Source: a virus
Reading direction: 5' to 3' (one strand)
Virus record (IMG/VR): IMGVR_UViG_3300028392_000059
Location: 1-64,000 of that record
Length of the DNA stretch: 64,000 nucleotides
This document shows, piece after piece, positions 30,989-40,976 of this stretch. Made by a program: the position numbers and the translations under genes. The notes under the pieces were generated by a model, which was given only the letters and a program-made list of their open reading frames with translations, had not been told where the DNA came from and did not search any database. Position 1 is the stretch's first letter. Every line of letters starts with the position of its first letter.

Positions 30989-32642
30989 TTATAATGTTGA
31001 TAGTTAAGCTCTGATTGTTATCAAAGAGAATAACATGAGAGTTAGTCCAATTGGTACCTGGTGATGTTACATAGAACTGCGTCCTAGGTGTACTCGTTCC
31101 TGCACGTTTTACAGTACCCCAAGTGGTAGCAGAGTGGTTATGACCTAATACACAAGGCATACCAACTTTTCTAAATTCTTTATTTGATCGAGTAGGAACA
31201 CCCTTAGGCCCAAGATCACCATGCATATTAAGCAAGTGTCCGGCAACAATATGGTTCTCAGTGCGATCAAGTGCTTTAAAGCGATCGATGTTTTGAGAAT
31301 TTAAGTATAGAGCTACAGGATCGCTAGTAGCAGCATAAACTTTAACAGGATTACGCTCTTTAATGTCAGCAACAACCATGCTAAAGAGCGTGGAGCCAAT
31401 TTCTAAATTAGCATCATCTTTAGTCCATCGCATCGTATCAATATATTCATTGACATATTCAATGTGATTAGATGCCACAACAAAGATTTCAGCGTCAGTA
31501 CGTTCTTTCATCCAATTGATTTCAGCAACAGCCGACTTCAATTCTGTATCAAGGCTGTCATAACCAAGTGGTGCTTTCCAAGCGCGTCTAGTAGCTTGTT
31601 TAATTTCCCATTTAGACACGCTGTCACAATCTACAAAATCATGTAAATATACACGTTCTGGGTTAATGGTGGGAATAAGTTGATTAAAGGTAACATCACG
31701 AACAACAGGATCAGTTTTACCTGTATGCCAGTCACCCAGAACAATAGCTTTAATAGCGTTAGTGTGTGGTTTAATTACAGTCTCACCACTATAATAGAAT
31801 GAGCCACCGCTACGATGATCTAGATCATAACAGCCATTATTTTTGTCAGCAAACAAATGATAATATTGTGTAAAACCATCACCATCGCAGTTCAGTACTA
31901 CAGCACCATACACATGATTGTGCATAGCAACAGCACCAGTGCGATCTTGTTGTCCAAGCTTGTCAAGTGTATATGTGGGATGTGTAACAGCACATGATGT
32001 CATAATAGCTTTAGGATAGCAATCAACAATCATTTGATGTTGTAATTCTGCAGCGGGTGCCGCAAAGATTTGATGTGTATTACCACCAAGTTCACACAAA
32101 GAGTCTGTAAGAAAGCGTTCTAACGTTGGACGCAAGCGTTCGGTGTTGAGATTAAAGCTGCCATTACACACAAGCATGTCGTAAAAGAGAATTTTACCCT
32201 TAAGACGATTTGGAAAAAGTTGTGTATATTTACCATCAATAAACTTAACAGGACCGTATTTGATTGGTAATACTACTAACACAGCATTTTGATGTTTGCA
32301 ATATGTTTCAAGTGTAGTAAGCCAATCATTGTTCAACGAGCCACCAAATTGAGCAGCAGTAACAACAATTTTCTTAGCGTTACGAACAAGCTTATCACTA
32401 ACCTTAAAAGCATCTAATTGACGTAAAGCACGTTGTGGTACGGGAATACCAACACCATCTGCTCTACGCCAGATCAGCTCAGGCAGCTTGTTCTTATCCT
32501 TTATTTTATTATATTCTTTTACAAGCTTGAGGATGTCTTCTTCAGGACAATCCAAAGCACGAGCAATATCATGATAGCTTGTAAACGATACAGCATCATT
32601 CCAAACCTTAACGAAAGCTTTTGCTTGATCAAGCTTCTTCAT
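30963..32642 (-). CDS. calcineurin-like metallophosphoesterase
   Basis: GDWH, HDFVD, ASNH, MHGD, GHNH motifs in canonical order. Confidence 0.8.
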   Translation of the reverse strand: MKKLDQAKAFVKVWNDAVSFTSYHDIARALDCPEEDILKLVKEYNKIKDKNKLPELIWRRADGVGIPVPQRALRQLDAFKVSDKLVRNAKKIVVTAAQFGGSLNNDWLTTLETYCKHQNAVLVVLPIKYGPVKFIDGKYTQLFPNRLKGKILFYDMLVCNGSFNLNTERLRPTLERFLTDSLCELGGNTHQIFAAPAAELQHQMIVDCYPKAIMTSCAVTHPTYTLDKLGQQDRTGAVAMHNHVYGAVVLNCDGDGFTQYYHLFADKNNGCYDLDHRSGGSFYYSGETVIKPHTNAIKAIVLGDWHTGKTDPVVRDVTFNQLIPTINPERVYLHDFVDCDSVSKWEIKQATRRAWKAPLGYDSLDTELKSAVAEINWMKERTDAEIFVVASNHIEYVNEYIDTMRWTKDDANLEIGSTLFSMVVADIKERNPVKVYAATSDPVALYLNSQNIDRFKALDRTENHIVAGHLLNMHGDLGPKGVPTRSNKEFRKVGMPCVLGHNHSATTWGTVKRAGTSTPRTQFYVTSPGTNWTNSHVILFDNNQSLTINIINGKYCVKQ

Positions 32643-32868
32643 AAGTCTTCTCAAAAATGTCAGGCTTACACGGATAGAATTCACCATTAACACCACGAAT
32701 GATGTAATCATAGAGCTTTGCTGTCATTACACCTTTAAGTGTGATAATCTGCAAACCACCACCAGGTGTATACTTAATATTATTTCCAGCAAAATCGCCT
32801 AACGCGTGTAGATTCATTCCTGTCCATTGAACAGCTTGAATCTCAACTGGTAGTTTCCGGTACCTCAT
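32629..32868 (-). CDS. YRKxPV...GEFYPCKPDIF family small protein (possible nucleotide-signal sponge)
   Basis: YRKLPVEIQAVQW, ITLKGVMTA, DYIIRGVNGEFYPCKPDIFEKTYE. Confidence 0.7.
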   Translation of the reverse strand: MRYRKLPVEIQAVQWTGMNLHALGDFAGNNIKYTPGGGLQIITLKGVMTAKLYDYIIRGVNGEFYPCKPDIFEKTYEEA

Positions 32869-33253
32869 TCTTTTTCTTTCTGACGCGTGTCACTTTAAGA
32901 CTAAGTGCGTCCATTGTAAACTCAACTAAATAATCAAGCAAATACGCATGTGCTTCTCTACCGGGCTCATACTCACCAACGTCTTCATGTATCATTTGTG
33001 TAACATGAAGGCATTCATGTGCAATCACAGAAGCAGCGTTATCAACCATATCAGGAGGAAAACGCATTACAATACACTGACCTTTAGGGCTATCAAAGTT
33101 CCATGTAGATGCGTAGCCCTGAGCCATGTCTGTTTGACGAGCATCTTTAAAGCCAACGGCTTCAAGGCCTGCATACATGGCCTCAGGGTTATCACATACA
33201 CCAACCATTGTATTATAGGGGACCGCTTGGATCCACCTAATTTTATCTAGCAT
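32843..33253 (-). CDS. HExxH zincin-like protein
   Basis: IAHECLH...EAHAYL. Confidence 0.6.
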   Translation of the reverse strand: MLDKIRWIQAVPYNTMVGVCDNPEAMYAGLEAVGFKDARQTDMAQGYASTWNFDSPKGQCIVMRFPPDMVDNAASVIAHECLHVTQMIHEDVGEYEPGREAHAYLLDYLVEFTMDALSLKVTRVRKKKNEVPETTS

Positions 33254-34902
33254 TATTGCTTACCTTTAAGCTTTGTATTCATTTGGTTAGCAAAATCAGA
33301 CTGTTTCTGATTAAATTGGTCTTTTGGTGTAATAATAGACTCATCTTTGCTAATTTCTATCTGTCCTTCATCATCATCATAATCGGGAGGTAACAGATCA
33401 TTTTGCTTAAGAATAAGAAGCCAGATAGTACGCGGAATAAGACCCTGTTGGTACCATTCAGTAGCTAAGCGAAGCCAATCTGCACCATGTGGCATAGGAT
33501 TGAAATCACTAGATAGCTCAAAATCAATATCAGCGGCCTTAAGCTCAATATCATAATACCAGTTAAGCATGAAGCAAATAACTTGCCGCATAGTATTACT
33601 GACTTTAAGATTTAGAGAACCAAGTTGAGCAGTTTGAGCAGCATTACGTATTTCAAGGGCTACACCTGATTGATCACCATGCTCAGGAGCAAGCATACGT
33701 ACACCAAGCTTTGCAATTTCTTCATAACCTGAAGCAATAGCCTTTTCCATGTCTTGAAGAGCGTCTGTAGGCGTCTTAAGAACATCAGCTTTGTCTTCAG
33801 GGTTAGGAAGCAAAATCCAAGAGCCTAGACCACCACTGACAATCTGGTCAAACTTTGCATCGTCCATAGATGAACAAATAACAGGTGTATAAGTAGCGGC
33901 ACCATACATAAGGTGATTACGACGAGAGATCTTATTGTAAAGCGCAATCTCTTTATCAATAATAGGAGTAAGTAGAGGAATCGTACCATCTACACTACCA
34001 TTCAAAGGCCACGCAGGAATAACCATAACAGGCTTATCATTAATGATAACAGGAATTGTGTCAATCAACTTAAACACAGGACGCTTAGCGTTGTTGACAA
34101 TTGTATGTCCACCCTGCACACCAACAGCTTCACGAGAGTCTTCAAGCTCAAATACACGAACTTGATATTTACCGTCAGGTGTTAGCTCATGTACCCACAC
34201 TGTTTCAACGTACTTAGGGTGAAACTCGTAGATATCATCATCGTATCGCTGTTGATACCCTTTTACAATGACGCGATCAAGAACAGTACGCCCATTAGGA
34301 TCAGTGCGTGTGCGAGTGTTGATAATGTTCTCAGCTCGATGAAGAACCGGATATGGTTTAATAGCTTTACGATCTTCAATTGACATTTCCTCATCAATGC
34401 GAGGATAATCTACAAAGATCCATGCTCGACTTGTTTGTACTTCTTCCCATAGTGCTGCGTCAAGAAAAGCAGACATTGCACTATCGTCCTTGCCGAACTC
34501 ATGCATAAGCCACTTTGCAGCATCTTTTTCAACATCATCAGGAAGCTTTAGTGTTGGCTGCTTACGAAGAAGGCCACCTACTAGCGTCTTGCTAAATTGT
34601 GCAGTAATACCAGGAAGTTCAGCTTCAGCCTTGTAAAAGTTATATTGTAACTGCGACATAGAAGGTGAGAAGGGAATGAGCAAGTTTGTAAAGTTAACAG
34701 TATCAATTATACTATCGAAGTCCTTCACAAACTGCTCACCATTACACACTGCGCGACTCTTAAGCCATACGTATACGAGTGAACGATACGCATCAGATGG
34801 ATCAGCTACAGTCTTTGTTTGATCAGCAGCCGAAGTCTGAACGACAGATGACTTAACAGAAAATCCAGCTGACTTTAACGAATTGAAAGTAGCCTCATCC
34901 AT
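33253..34902 (-). CDS. portal protein (DUF4055-like)
   Basis: 549 aa; Y..Y...AE, LVGGLLRKQP, AWIFVDYP, LGVRML, SGVAL.I. Confidence 0.88.
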   Translation of the reverse strand: MDEATFNSLKSAGFSVKSSVVQTSAADQTKTVADPSDAYRSLVYVWLKSRAVCNGEQFVKDFDSIIDTVNFTNLLIPFSPSMSQLQYNFYKAEAELPGITAQFSKTLVGGLLRKQPTLKLPDDVEKDAAKWLMHEFGKDDSAMSAFLDAALWEEVQTSRAWIFVDYPRIDEEMSIEDRKAIKPYPVLHRAENIINTRTRTDPNGRTVLDRVIVKGYQQRYDDDIYEFHPKYVETVWVHELTPDGKYQVRVFELEDSREAVGVQGGHTIVNNAKRPVFKLIDTIPVIINDKPVMVIPAWPLNGSVDGTIPLLTPIIDKEIALYNKISRRNHLMYGAATYTPVICSSMDDAKFDQIVSGGLGSWILLPNPEDKADVLKTPTDALQDMEKAIASGYEEIAKLGVRMLAPEHGDQSGVALEIRNAAQTAQLGSLNLKVSNTMRQVICFMLNWYYDIELKAADIDFELSSDFNPMPHGADWLRLATEWYQQGLIPRTIWLLILKQNDLLPPDYDDDEGQIEISKDESIITPKDQFNQKQSDFANQMNTKLKGKQ

Positions 34903-34905
34903 GGT

Positions 34906-35085
34906 TTAGGCCTTCATTGCAGCATTGAACTCTTCGAGAGTTCCAATAAAGTTTTCACCAGACGTATGGTTGACAGCCACCAATGTGACACCATCTTCAT
35001 TGTCCATAGTGAGATTCCAGTTGCAAGGAACACGATCCTCGAACTTGGTAACGGGAGCGACAGTAATGTCCATTTCTACGGCCAT
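34906..35085 (-). CDS. hypothetical protein (59 aa, not in track)
   Basis: RBS AAAGGACTAAGAA identical to the scaffold gene RBS; MAVEMDITVAP...AAMKA*. Confidence 0.7.
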   Translation of the reverse strand: MAVEMDITVAPVTKFEDRVPCNWNLTMDNEDGVTLVAVNHTSGENFIGTLEEFNAAMKA

Positions 35086-35624
35086 GGTTTTCTTAGTCCT
35101 TTAATGATTACTGAATCAGCTCTTGAACCTTTGTATAGAGCTGTTCTTGTGAGACTGCCCTTATAAGCAGTTACGGTTGTGCCAGAGAATGTCCAGCCGG
35201 TATTATTGCCACCATCAGTAGAATTAGCAGCAAACCATGTACTTGCAGGTGTTGCGTTAATATTGCTGATTGTGTCATAATTTACAGTTACAGTTCCAGT
35301 CCCTGAGTAATTTAATGTAGCATCGGTAGCATTGATAGAACGTGTTAAACTTGCGTTATTTAAACTAAAGTTTTTAACGTTCATCGCAGTAGAGCTAAAA
35401 CCATATTGAGACTTAAAGCCAAAACTAACAGTAACGCTAGAAAGTCCTGTAGTGATATTACCTAATGTTAAACCTTCATAAAGAATTTCAGTAGGTGCGT
35501 TGCTGGCAATTTCTAAAGTGACACCACTCCAGTCGCCTTGCTCAGGACCACCTATCCATAGAGTATTGCTGGCAGAGCCTGATAGTTTTAATGTGCCAGT
35601 ACCAGAAGCAGCAAGTTGTCCCAT
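35076..35624 (-). CDS. C-terminal partner of the beta-helical fibre-like protein
   Basis: own GGAGG RBS, TAATG coupling; ends NSTDGGNNTGWTF. Confidence 0.7.
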   Translation of the reverse strand: MGQLAASGTGTLKLSGSASNTLWIGGPEQGDWSGVTLEIASNAPTEILYEGLTLGNITTGLSSVTVSFGFKSQYGFSSTAMNVKNFSLNNASLTRSINATDATLNYSGTGTVTVNYDTISNINATPASTWFAANSTDGGNNTGWTFSGTTVTAYKGSLTRTALYKGSRADSVIIKGLRKPWP

Positions 35625-38572
35625 TAGTCGCCTCCACTACTAGAATAGTAGTTTGGATCACCGCCATTTTGAAAATTGCCGCTTGTAATTTCTAACGTAC
35701 CGCTATTAAAAAAGATGTTAGTAACAAATGTGTAAGTATAAGAAATTGTGTTACACTTAAGATAAAACCCATTTAAATTAAGATGAGACACAAATGACAG
35801 TATACCGCTAGTAGTAAGATCACTAGATAGAAGAATAGTAGTACCTACAGCGTAACCTACTGTAATATTACCAAAAACCTTGCCAGAGGGAATGGTAAGA
35901 GTAGCACCAGTTAAAATTAATGTTAAACCACCAACATTACAATTGTTACCAAATATTGCAAAGCCTGTGCTCACAACTTGAAGCGTACCTGCGATAACAC
36001 CATTATAATTTGTAGAATCAAATCCCGCAACAAACTGGAAGCTATTGCTTATACTTACAGTATCCGAGCCACTATCTAAATAAAAATATAATGGATTACT
36101 TCCAGGAATAATCGTACGAGTGCCAGTTGTTGGGTTACCAGATAAGTAGATTCCTCCACTATATTGATTACCATTTCCTGAGTAAACTGTAGTATTCGTA
36201 CCTGTCAGAATGTGTTTGCTATATGCAGCACTACAGTCAAGAATACCTGAATTACTTAAAGTGGCAGAGGTAAATGTATAACCCGCATAAACAATAGTAG
36301 CACCAGCATTAACAGTAACAGTACCACTTATACTACGGTTAGCTGGTAATGTAGTTGTTGATCCAGTGTTTGCAACTAAATTTGTAATAGTTATCTGTGA
36401 ACTTGCGGGTAAAGTAAAACTTACATACCCACCAATATTCATAGTAGTTGTAGTTATTTTGTAGCTATTATATACAAAAGTTACAACAGAAGATGCTGCC
36501 AGTGTCAACGATGTTAACGTAATATTACTAGATAATGTAAAAGTAATAGTACCATTTAATGTAAGATCACTATACGTTAATGTATAAGAGCCATATGAAA
36601 TGGTAGCACCAGCAAACAGGCTTAGCGAGTAAAATGACATATCATTTGGTAATGTAAATGCTACATTTGCTGCTAATGTTAAAGAGTTAGAAGGATTTAG
36701 TACAGTATAACCACCTGTATAGAAGGTAAGGCTCACTGTATTGTTAATCTTCAAATCAGTACAAACAAGAATATTTGCAAAATAGGTACTATTATTTATA
36801 ACAGCTGTATAAACGACTACAGGATTAACACTATAGTTTATGTTACCGCCGCTAAATGTTAGAGTATTAAATGTTGTAGTTCTAGAATTAGTGTTAAGGA
36901 ATAATGTACCGCCCGTAAGTACACATTGATCAATAGTAACTGCTGACGGCGGTGAGAACGTAATTGAACTTGTAAAAGTAACAACGCCAGTCCCTACAAC
37001 AAACCCGGCAAAAGCACTACCAAATGTGATATTACTGAGTGTAAAGCTACCATTTAAATAGCCACTAAATACGCTCAAATCTAACGAACCAATAAAAGGC
37101 CCATAAATAATGGCACTACCGTTTCCACTAGCTTTAACATTAATGGCAATACTAGAAGTATACGTTCTAGCTGCAGAACCGGCACCATTACAGTTAAACA
37201 CAAAACCAGAGGGGATTGTACCACCAGTTACACTAATAACAGTGCCACTAGCACCAGTTAACGTAATACCACCGCTAGTCGCAGATATAGTGCCACCGGT
37301 CATATTAAGCGATGGTGATGTTATTGTAATTGAGCTTATATTAAACGTACCAGCACTAATAGTCAACGAGGCAAGTGTACGTGCAGTATCTGCAATAGTA
37401 GTTATACCCGATTTGCTTAAATTAAGCCCCAGCGAATACAAAATAAAAGGCAGCGTATTATTTGCCTGCGGTGACCATACAAGTGCACTTGTTGTTGTAG
37501 AACTAATAAAAGAAGGTAAGGCTGCAGTAGCAAGAGTACCAGTCATTTTACCAGAACCAGACACAACACCGTCTATACTTACACCAATGAAATTAGCAAG
37601 ATTGACAGTATCAGCAAGCGTGTTAATATACAGTACAACATCACCAGTCGTAACATTCACTGTTCGAGTACCTGTGGTACCAGTCGATGAAAACGTAACA
37701 CTCAAGTTACCGCTAGGGCGTGTACCGCCTGTAACAGTCAATGTAGCTGTACCACTACCACCTGAACACGTAACAGTATTAGAGCCCATTGTAAGGACAC
37801 CACCTGTTTGTGAAAAAGTGTTACAAGTTAAATTACCATTAAATGTAATATTACCCGACACAATACTAATAGGAGCAGTTGTTGTGATACCACCAGAAAA
37901 TGTAACAGTATTACCTCCACCAGCGTCTACAGTAACACTACATGTTAATGACGCCGTAGGTACAGTAATAGAACAAGCGGTAGATACGAGTATAGCTGAT
38001 GACGTTGCAGTACCAGCAATTTTACTGCTAACCGTCGTTACAATACTTAAACCACCCGCTTGTAGCGTAAGTATATCTGCTGAGCCTAGTGTAAGTGTTA
38101 CAGGTCGTTTAGTACCCGTATTGTCTGTTGTATCAACGATACTCAAACCATAGATAGTACGAGACACTGTAGTGTTCATTGCAACAGATTGTGCTAACGA
38201 AGCGTTTGTAGTTACATAACACATATCACCTGTAGTAGGTGCAGAAGCAGCAGTAGCTTCAACAGCTAAAATAGGTTGCGATGTAAAGGCAGCTGTACTT
38301 GCAGTTAATGTATACGTACCTGTACCATCCGAATTTGCAGCTGTATTGGATGAGATAATACCACAAGCAACCATTGCTGTAGCAGTGTTATACCGATACA
38401 GACGATAGCCATTAGGTAGTTTACCGTTACCATCACCAGCGGTTACAGTTAATGATGTACCTGTAGTATTGATTTGAGCAGTCACGCGGCGAGGACCATT
38501 AGCAAACCAGTTTGTAGTACTTGAAATAGAAGCAGATGTATTAGCAAGCATGAACAGATATCTATCAGCCAT
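35624..38572 (-). CDS. Thr/Ser/Gly-rich beta-helical fibre/adhesin-like structural protein
   Basis: 982 aa, very few charged residues, repeated xLTxxGGT beta-solenoid pattern. Confidence 0.7.
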   Translation of the reverse strand: MADRYLFMLANTSASISSTTNWFANGPRRVTAQINTTGTSLTVTAGDGNGKLPNGYRLYRYNTATAMVACGIISSNTAANSDGTGTYTLTASTAAFTSQPILAVEATAASAPTTGDMCYVTTNASLAQSVAMNTTVSRTIYGLSIVDTTDNTGTKRPVTLTLGSADILTLQAGGLSIVTTVSSKIAGTATSSAILVSTACSITVPTASLTCSVTVDAGGGNTVTFSGGITTTAPISIVSGNITFNGNLTCNTFSQTGGVLTMGSNTVTCSGGSGTATLTVTGGTRPSGNLSVTFSSTGTTGTRTVNVTTGDVVLYINTLADTVNLANFIGVSIDGVVSGSGKMTGTLATAALPSFISSTTTSALVWSPQANNTLPFILYSLGLNLSKSGITTIADTARTLASLTISAGTFNISSITITSPSLNMTGGTISATSGGITLTGASGTVISVTGGTIPSGFVFNCNGAGSAARTYTSSIAINVKASGNGSAIIYGPFIGSLDLSVFSGYLNGSFTLSNITFGSAFAGFVVGTGVVTFTSSITFSPPSAVTIDQCVLTGGTLFLNTNSRTTTFNTLTFSGGNINYSVNPVVVYTAVINNSTYFANILVCTDLKINNTVSLTFYTGGYTVLNPSNSLTLAANVAFTLPNDMSFYSLSLFAGATISYGSYTLTYSDLTLNGTITFTLSSNITLTSLTLAASSVVTFVYNSYKITTTTMNIGGYVSFTLPASSQITITNLVANTGSTTTLPANRSISGTVTVNAGATIVYAGYTFTSATLSNSGILDCSAAYSKHILTGTNTTVYSGNGNQYSGGIYLSGNPTTGTRTIIPGSNPLYFYLDSGSDTVSISNSFQFVAGFDSTNYNGVIAGTLQVVSTGFAIFGNNCNVGGLTLILTGATLTIPSGKVFGNITVGYAVGTTILLSSDLTTSGILSFVSHLNLNGFYLKCNTISYTYTFVTNIFFNSGTLEITSGNFQNGGDPNYYSSSGGD

Positions 38573-38576
38573 CTTA

Positions 38577-38960
38577 CTATCCCATCAGTGTATAAAGAAT
38601 GGACCCTGTAGCAGGTGCTGTACCAAAGTTGTTAACAATGATAGCATTAGCTGACGAAGGATACCAATCACAATAGATAGGGTAACCCGTTGTAGAGTCT
38701 CTAAAAGCCATAAGTAAGCTAGTAGTATTTAAATTATGAGTAATTGTAAATGTTACAGCACTACCATTACCTATGCTACCAGATAAGATCGATACAGCCC
38801 TAGATGGAATCCATTTAGTGCCATCCCATTGAATACGATCACCAGTAGCAGGTGTGCCTGTAACCTCAATTTTGTCAGTATTTAAATTACTAAAATTACT
38901 ATCGACTTCAGTATTCGTCAACGGAGAGCCTTTAGTAGCTCTACTGACAATTGTAGACAT
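38577..38960 (-). CDS. fibre-like virion protein
   Basis: RATKGSPLTNTEVDSNF.NL, I.WDGTKW.P, ITHNLNT. Confidence 0.65.
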   Translation of the reverse strand: MSTIVSRATKGSPLTNTEVDSNFSNLNTDKIEVTGTPATGDRIQWDGTKWIPSRAVSILSGSIGNGSAVTFTITHNLNTTSLLMAFRDSTTGYPIYCDWYPSSANAIIVNNFGTAPATGSILYTLMG

Positions 38961-39409
38961 TACTGTGCTGTAACTTTCCAAGTAACAGTCAGCGAGTCAC
39001 TAGCGCCCTTATTTTGCACAGAGAACACAGTACGATTAAGCATAGTGCCTGCGCTAGAGGCATTAAAGATACCAGCTTCAGTAATAGCACCAGTAGCCGT
39101 ACCTGCAGGAAATGTAGCTACATACTGAACACTATCATTTGCTACGTTTGTAGTAACAATTGTTGTGCTTGTAAGAGCAACACGAGCAAGTTCTGTAACA
39201 AGTGCAGATTGAGTTGCACCTGCAGCAGTGGCACTTGTACCAACAGCCATATGTGACATTGCAGTAGCTGTGGCATCTTTCATACGACTGGCAATATACG
39301 CAAAGCCACCATTAACAATCAAATTGTTGTAATTGTATTCATCCACGCTGCCATCTTCACGTTCGAAGCGCAACGTAAGCTCACCCTTAAGTTCAAGGTT
39401 GTCAAGCAT
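38960..39409 (-). CDS. putative virion structural protein (fibre base/adaptor-like)
   Basis: NLIVNGG, MAVGT, ITEAGIFNA...GTML.R, L.VTWKVT. Confidence 0.7.
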   Translation of the reverse strand: MLDNLELKGELTLRFEREDGSVDEYNYNNLIVNGGFAYIASRMKDATATAMSHMAVGTSATAAGATQSALVTELARVALTSTTIVTTNVANDSVQYVATFPAGTATGAITEAGIFNASSAGTMLNRTVFSVQNKGASDSLTVTWKVTAQ

Positions 39410-39411
39410 TA

Positions 39412-40203
39412 TTAGGGTATCCTTAATATTGTGCCTACGTAATCGCTCTCAAAGTAAGAAGCAGACGTATAGGATTGATTTATCAAAACAAGCGTTTCAC
39501 TTGCTGTTGTTGTTTCGTTTATAGCTTTACCAAATGTAAGCGTAACACCATCACTCATACTAGTAGATTCTTGCGTACTAGTAGAAAGCGCCGTACCTGC
39601 ACTCACAAGGTTATTGCTAACGATTTCGCTAATGTTTGTATAATCAATGAGAACCATTGACTTGTCAAACACAATGGTATCTGATATGGTAGATGCATCT
39701 GTTTTTGTAGAAGCAGTGTTTATTGACACAACTTCTGTAGATGTAACATAATCAGTAATGCTTTTAGCAGTATCAAATGTCAAATAATCATTTGTACCTA
39801 CAGTGTCATTAATGATTTTTGAAACATCAAACACAACAAGCTCATTGTTTGAAAACACATCAGTATAAACTTTGCTTGCACTAAATGTAATAATTTCAAC
39901 AGGGTCAACAATATCTACAGTACCGCTAGGATTAGACAGTTCAGGAAACCGCTGACTGGCATTATCAATGTCAATATTAAAAGTGTTAGTGTTAGTGTTT
40001 GTATCGACTTGATAACCTTTTATAGTAACACTAACAGCTTTTGATTGAGCATCAGCAACGACAGGCTTTGTTTTAAAATCAGGTAAAACATTAACCTTGT
40101 CAGCCTTAGTAGCGACTACGGGTGTGGTTACAGCAACAGCTAAAGTAGGCGAGGCTACAGTTGAAGCTAATTGCTTGTTGCCTATTGTTACCTGATTAGC
40201 CAT
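39412..40203 (-). CDS. Thr/Ser/Asp/Val-rich repeat structural protein
   Basis: about 19-aa K...D....S(D/E) repeats; YF..DYVG C-terminus. Confidence 0.65.
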   Translation of the reverse strand: MANQVTIGNKQLASTVASPTLAVAVTTPVVATKADKVNVLPDFKTKPVVADAQSKAVSVTIKGYQVDTNTNTNTFNIDIDNASQRFPELSNPSGTVDIVDPVEIITFSASKVYTDVFSNNELVVFDVSKIINDTVGTNDYLTFDTAKSITDYVTSTEVVSINTASTKTDASTISDTIVFDKSMVLIDYTNISEIVSNNLVSAGTALSTSTQESTSMSDGVTLTFGKAINETTTASETLVLINQSYTSASYFESDYVGTILRIP

Positions 40204-40205
40204 GT

Positions 40206-40790
40206 TTACACCACGTCAGTAGGACTGAATTGAATTTCAATCATACCCCTAAGCGGCTTCCATGTTTTGACAATAATAGAGTTAGTAGGTTCAGTGACAC
40301 GAAGTTCAAAGAAGCCATACACATGCGACATTACTGTAGGAGCAACACCCCAAGTATTACCTAGTGTAGACGGGAATTGCACATACACATAGTTAAGCTG
40401 TGTCTCTTGCCAGTATGGATCAACATCAGGCGTAGTAGCACTGACACGATTAACACCAGTAAGGAGCTTGTAATACTTGCTATTGTACAAAACAACATTC
40501 TCAATGCTGTAAGATGTAGCAGCCGCCCAATTACCACGTAGCGTAGGCACACGAACAGTAAGTGTAGTCTGTACACCACTAGGCTTTACTGTAGAAGGCT
40601 TATCGGACTGTGCAGCAACATTATCTGCCTCAATCACAACAGCTTCATAGGTGTACCCAGCAGTGGCATCAGTAAGAAAGTTCAAAAGAATAGGGTACTC
40701 TAGTTGCTCGCCTTTGACGAACGACCATAAAACAGAACCACTATCAGAGATAAGGTCTGTCTTGATGTCATTAAGTTTACTGCGTGCCAT
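40206..40790 (-). CDS. structural protein with CBM5/12-like insert
   Basis: WAAATSYSIENVVLYNSKYYK...TPD..PYW. Confidence 0.65.
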   Translation of the reverse strand: MARSKLNDIKTDLISDSGSVLWSFVKGEQLEYPILLNFLTDATAGYTYEAVVIEADNVAAQSDKPSTVKPSGVQTTLTVRVPTLRGNWAAATSYSIENVVLYNSKYYKLLTGVNRVSATTPDVDPYWQETQLNYVYVQFPSTLGNTWGVAPTVMSHVYGFFELRVTEPTNSIIVKTWKPLRGMIEIQFSPTDVV

Positions 40791-40974
40791 GTGTTTGTTC
40801 CATCACAGTTAAAAGGCATGGACCATCAAGATTGACAATCGTGCCATTTTCTAGATGGACAGGATAAGTCCAAGATCGATCGTCGGTAAGTAGATGAACA
40901 CCAGATTTGATATCATCAACACAAAGACGACCATACGCTGTATCACGATATTCGGGAAACAAAGAAAGTTGCAT
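40777..40974 (-). CDS. hypothetical protein
   Basis: 65-aa ORF filling the gap. Confidence 0.5.
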   Translation of the reverse strand: MQLSLFPEYRDTAYGRLCVDDIKSGVHLLTDDRSWTYPVHLENGTIVNLDGPCLLTVMEQTHGTQ

Positions 40975-40976
40975 AA

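Noticed and set aside
37110-38153. 347-aa plus-strand ORF
   Set aside because: Antisense shadow of the low-complexity fibre gene
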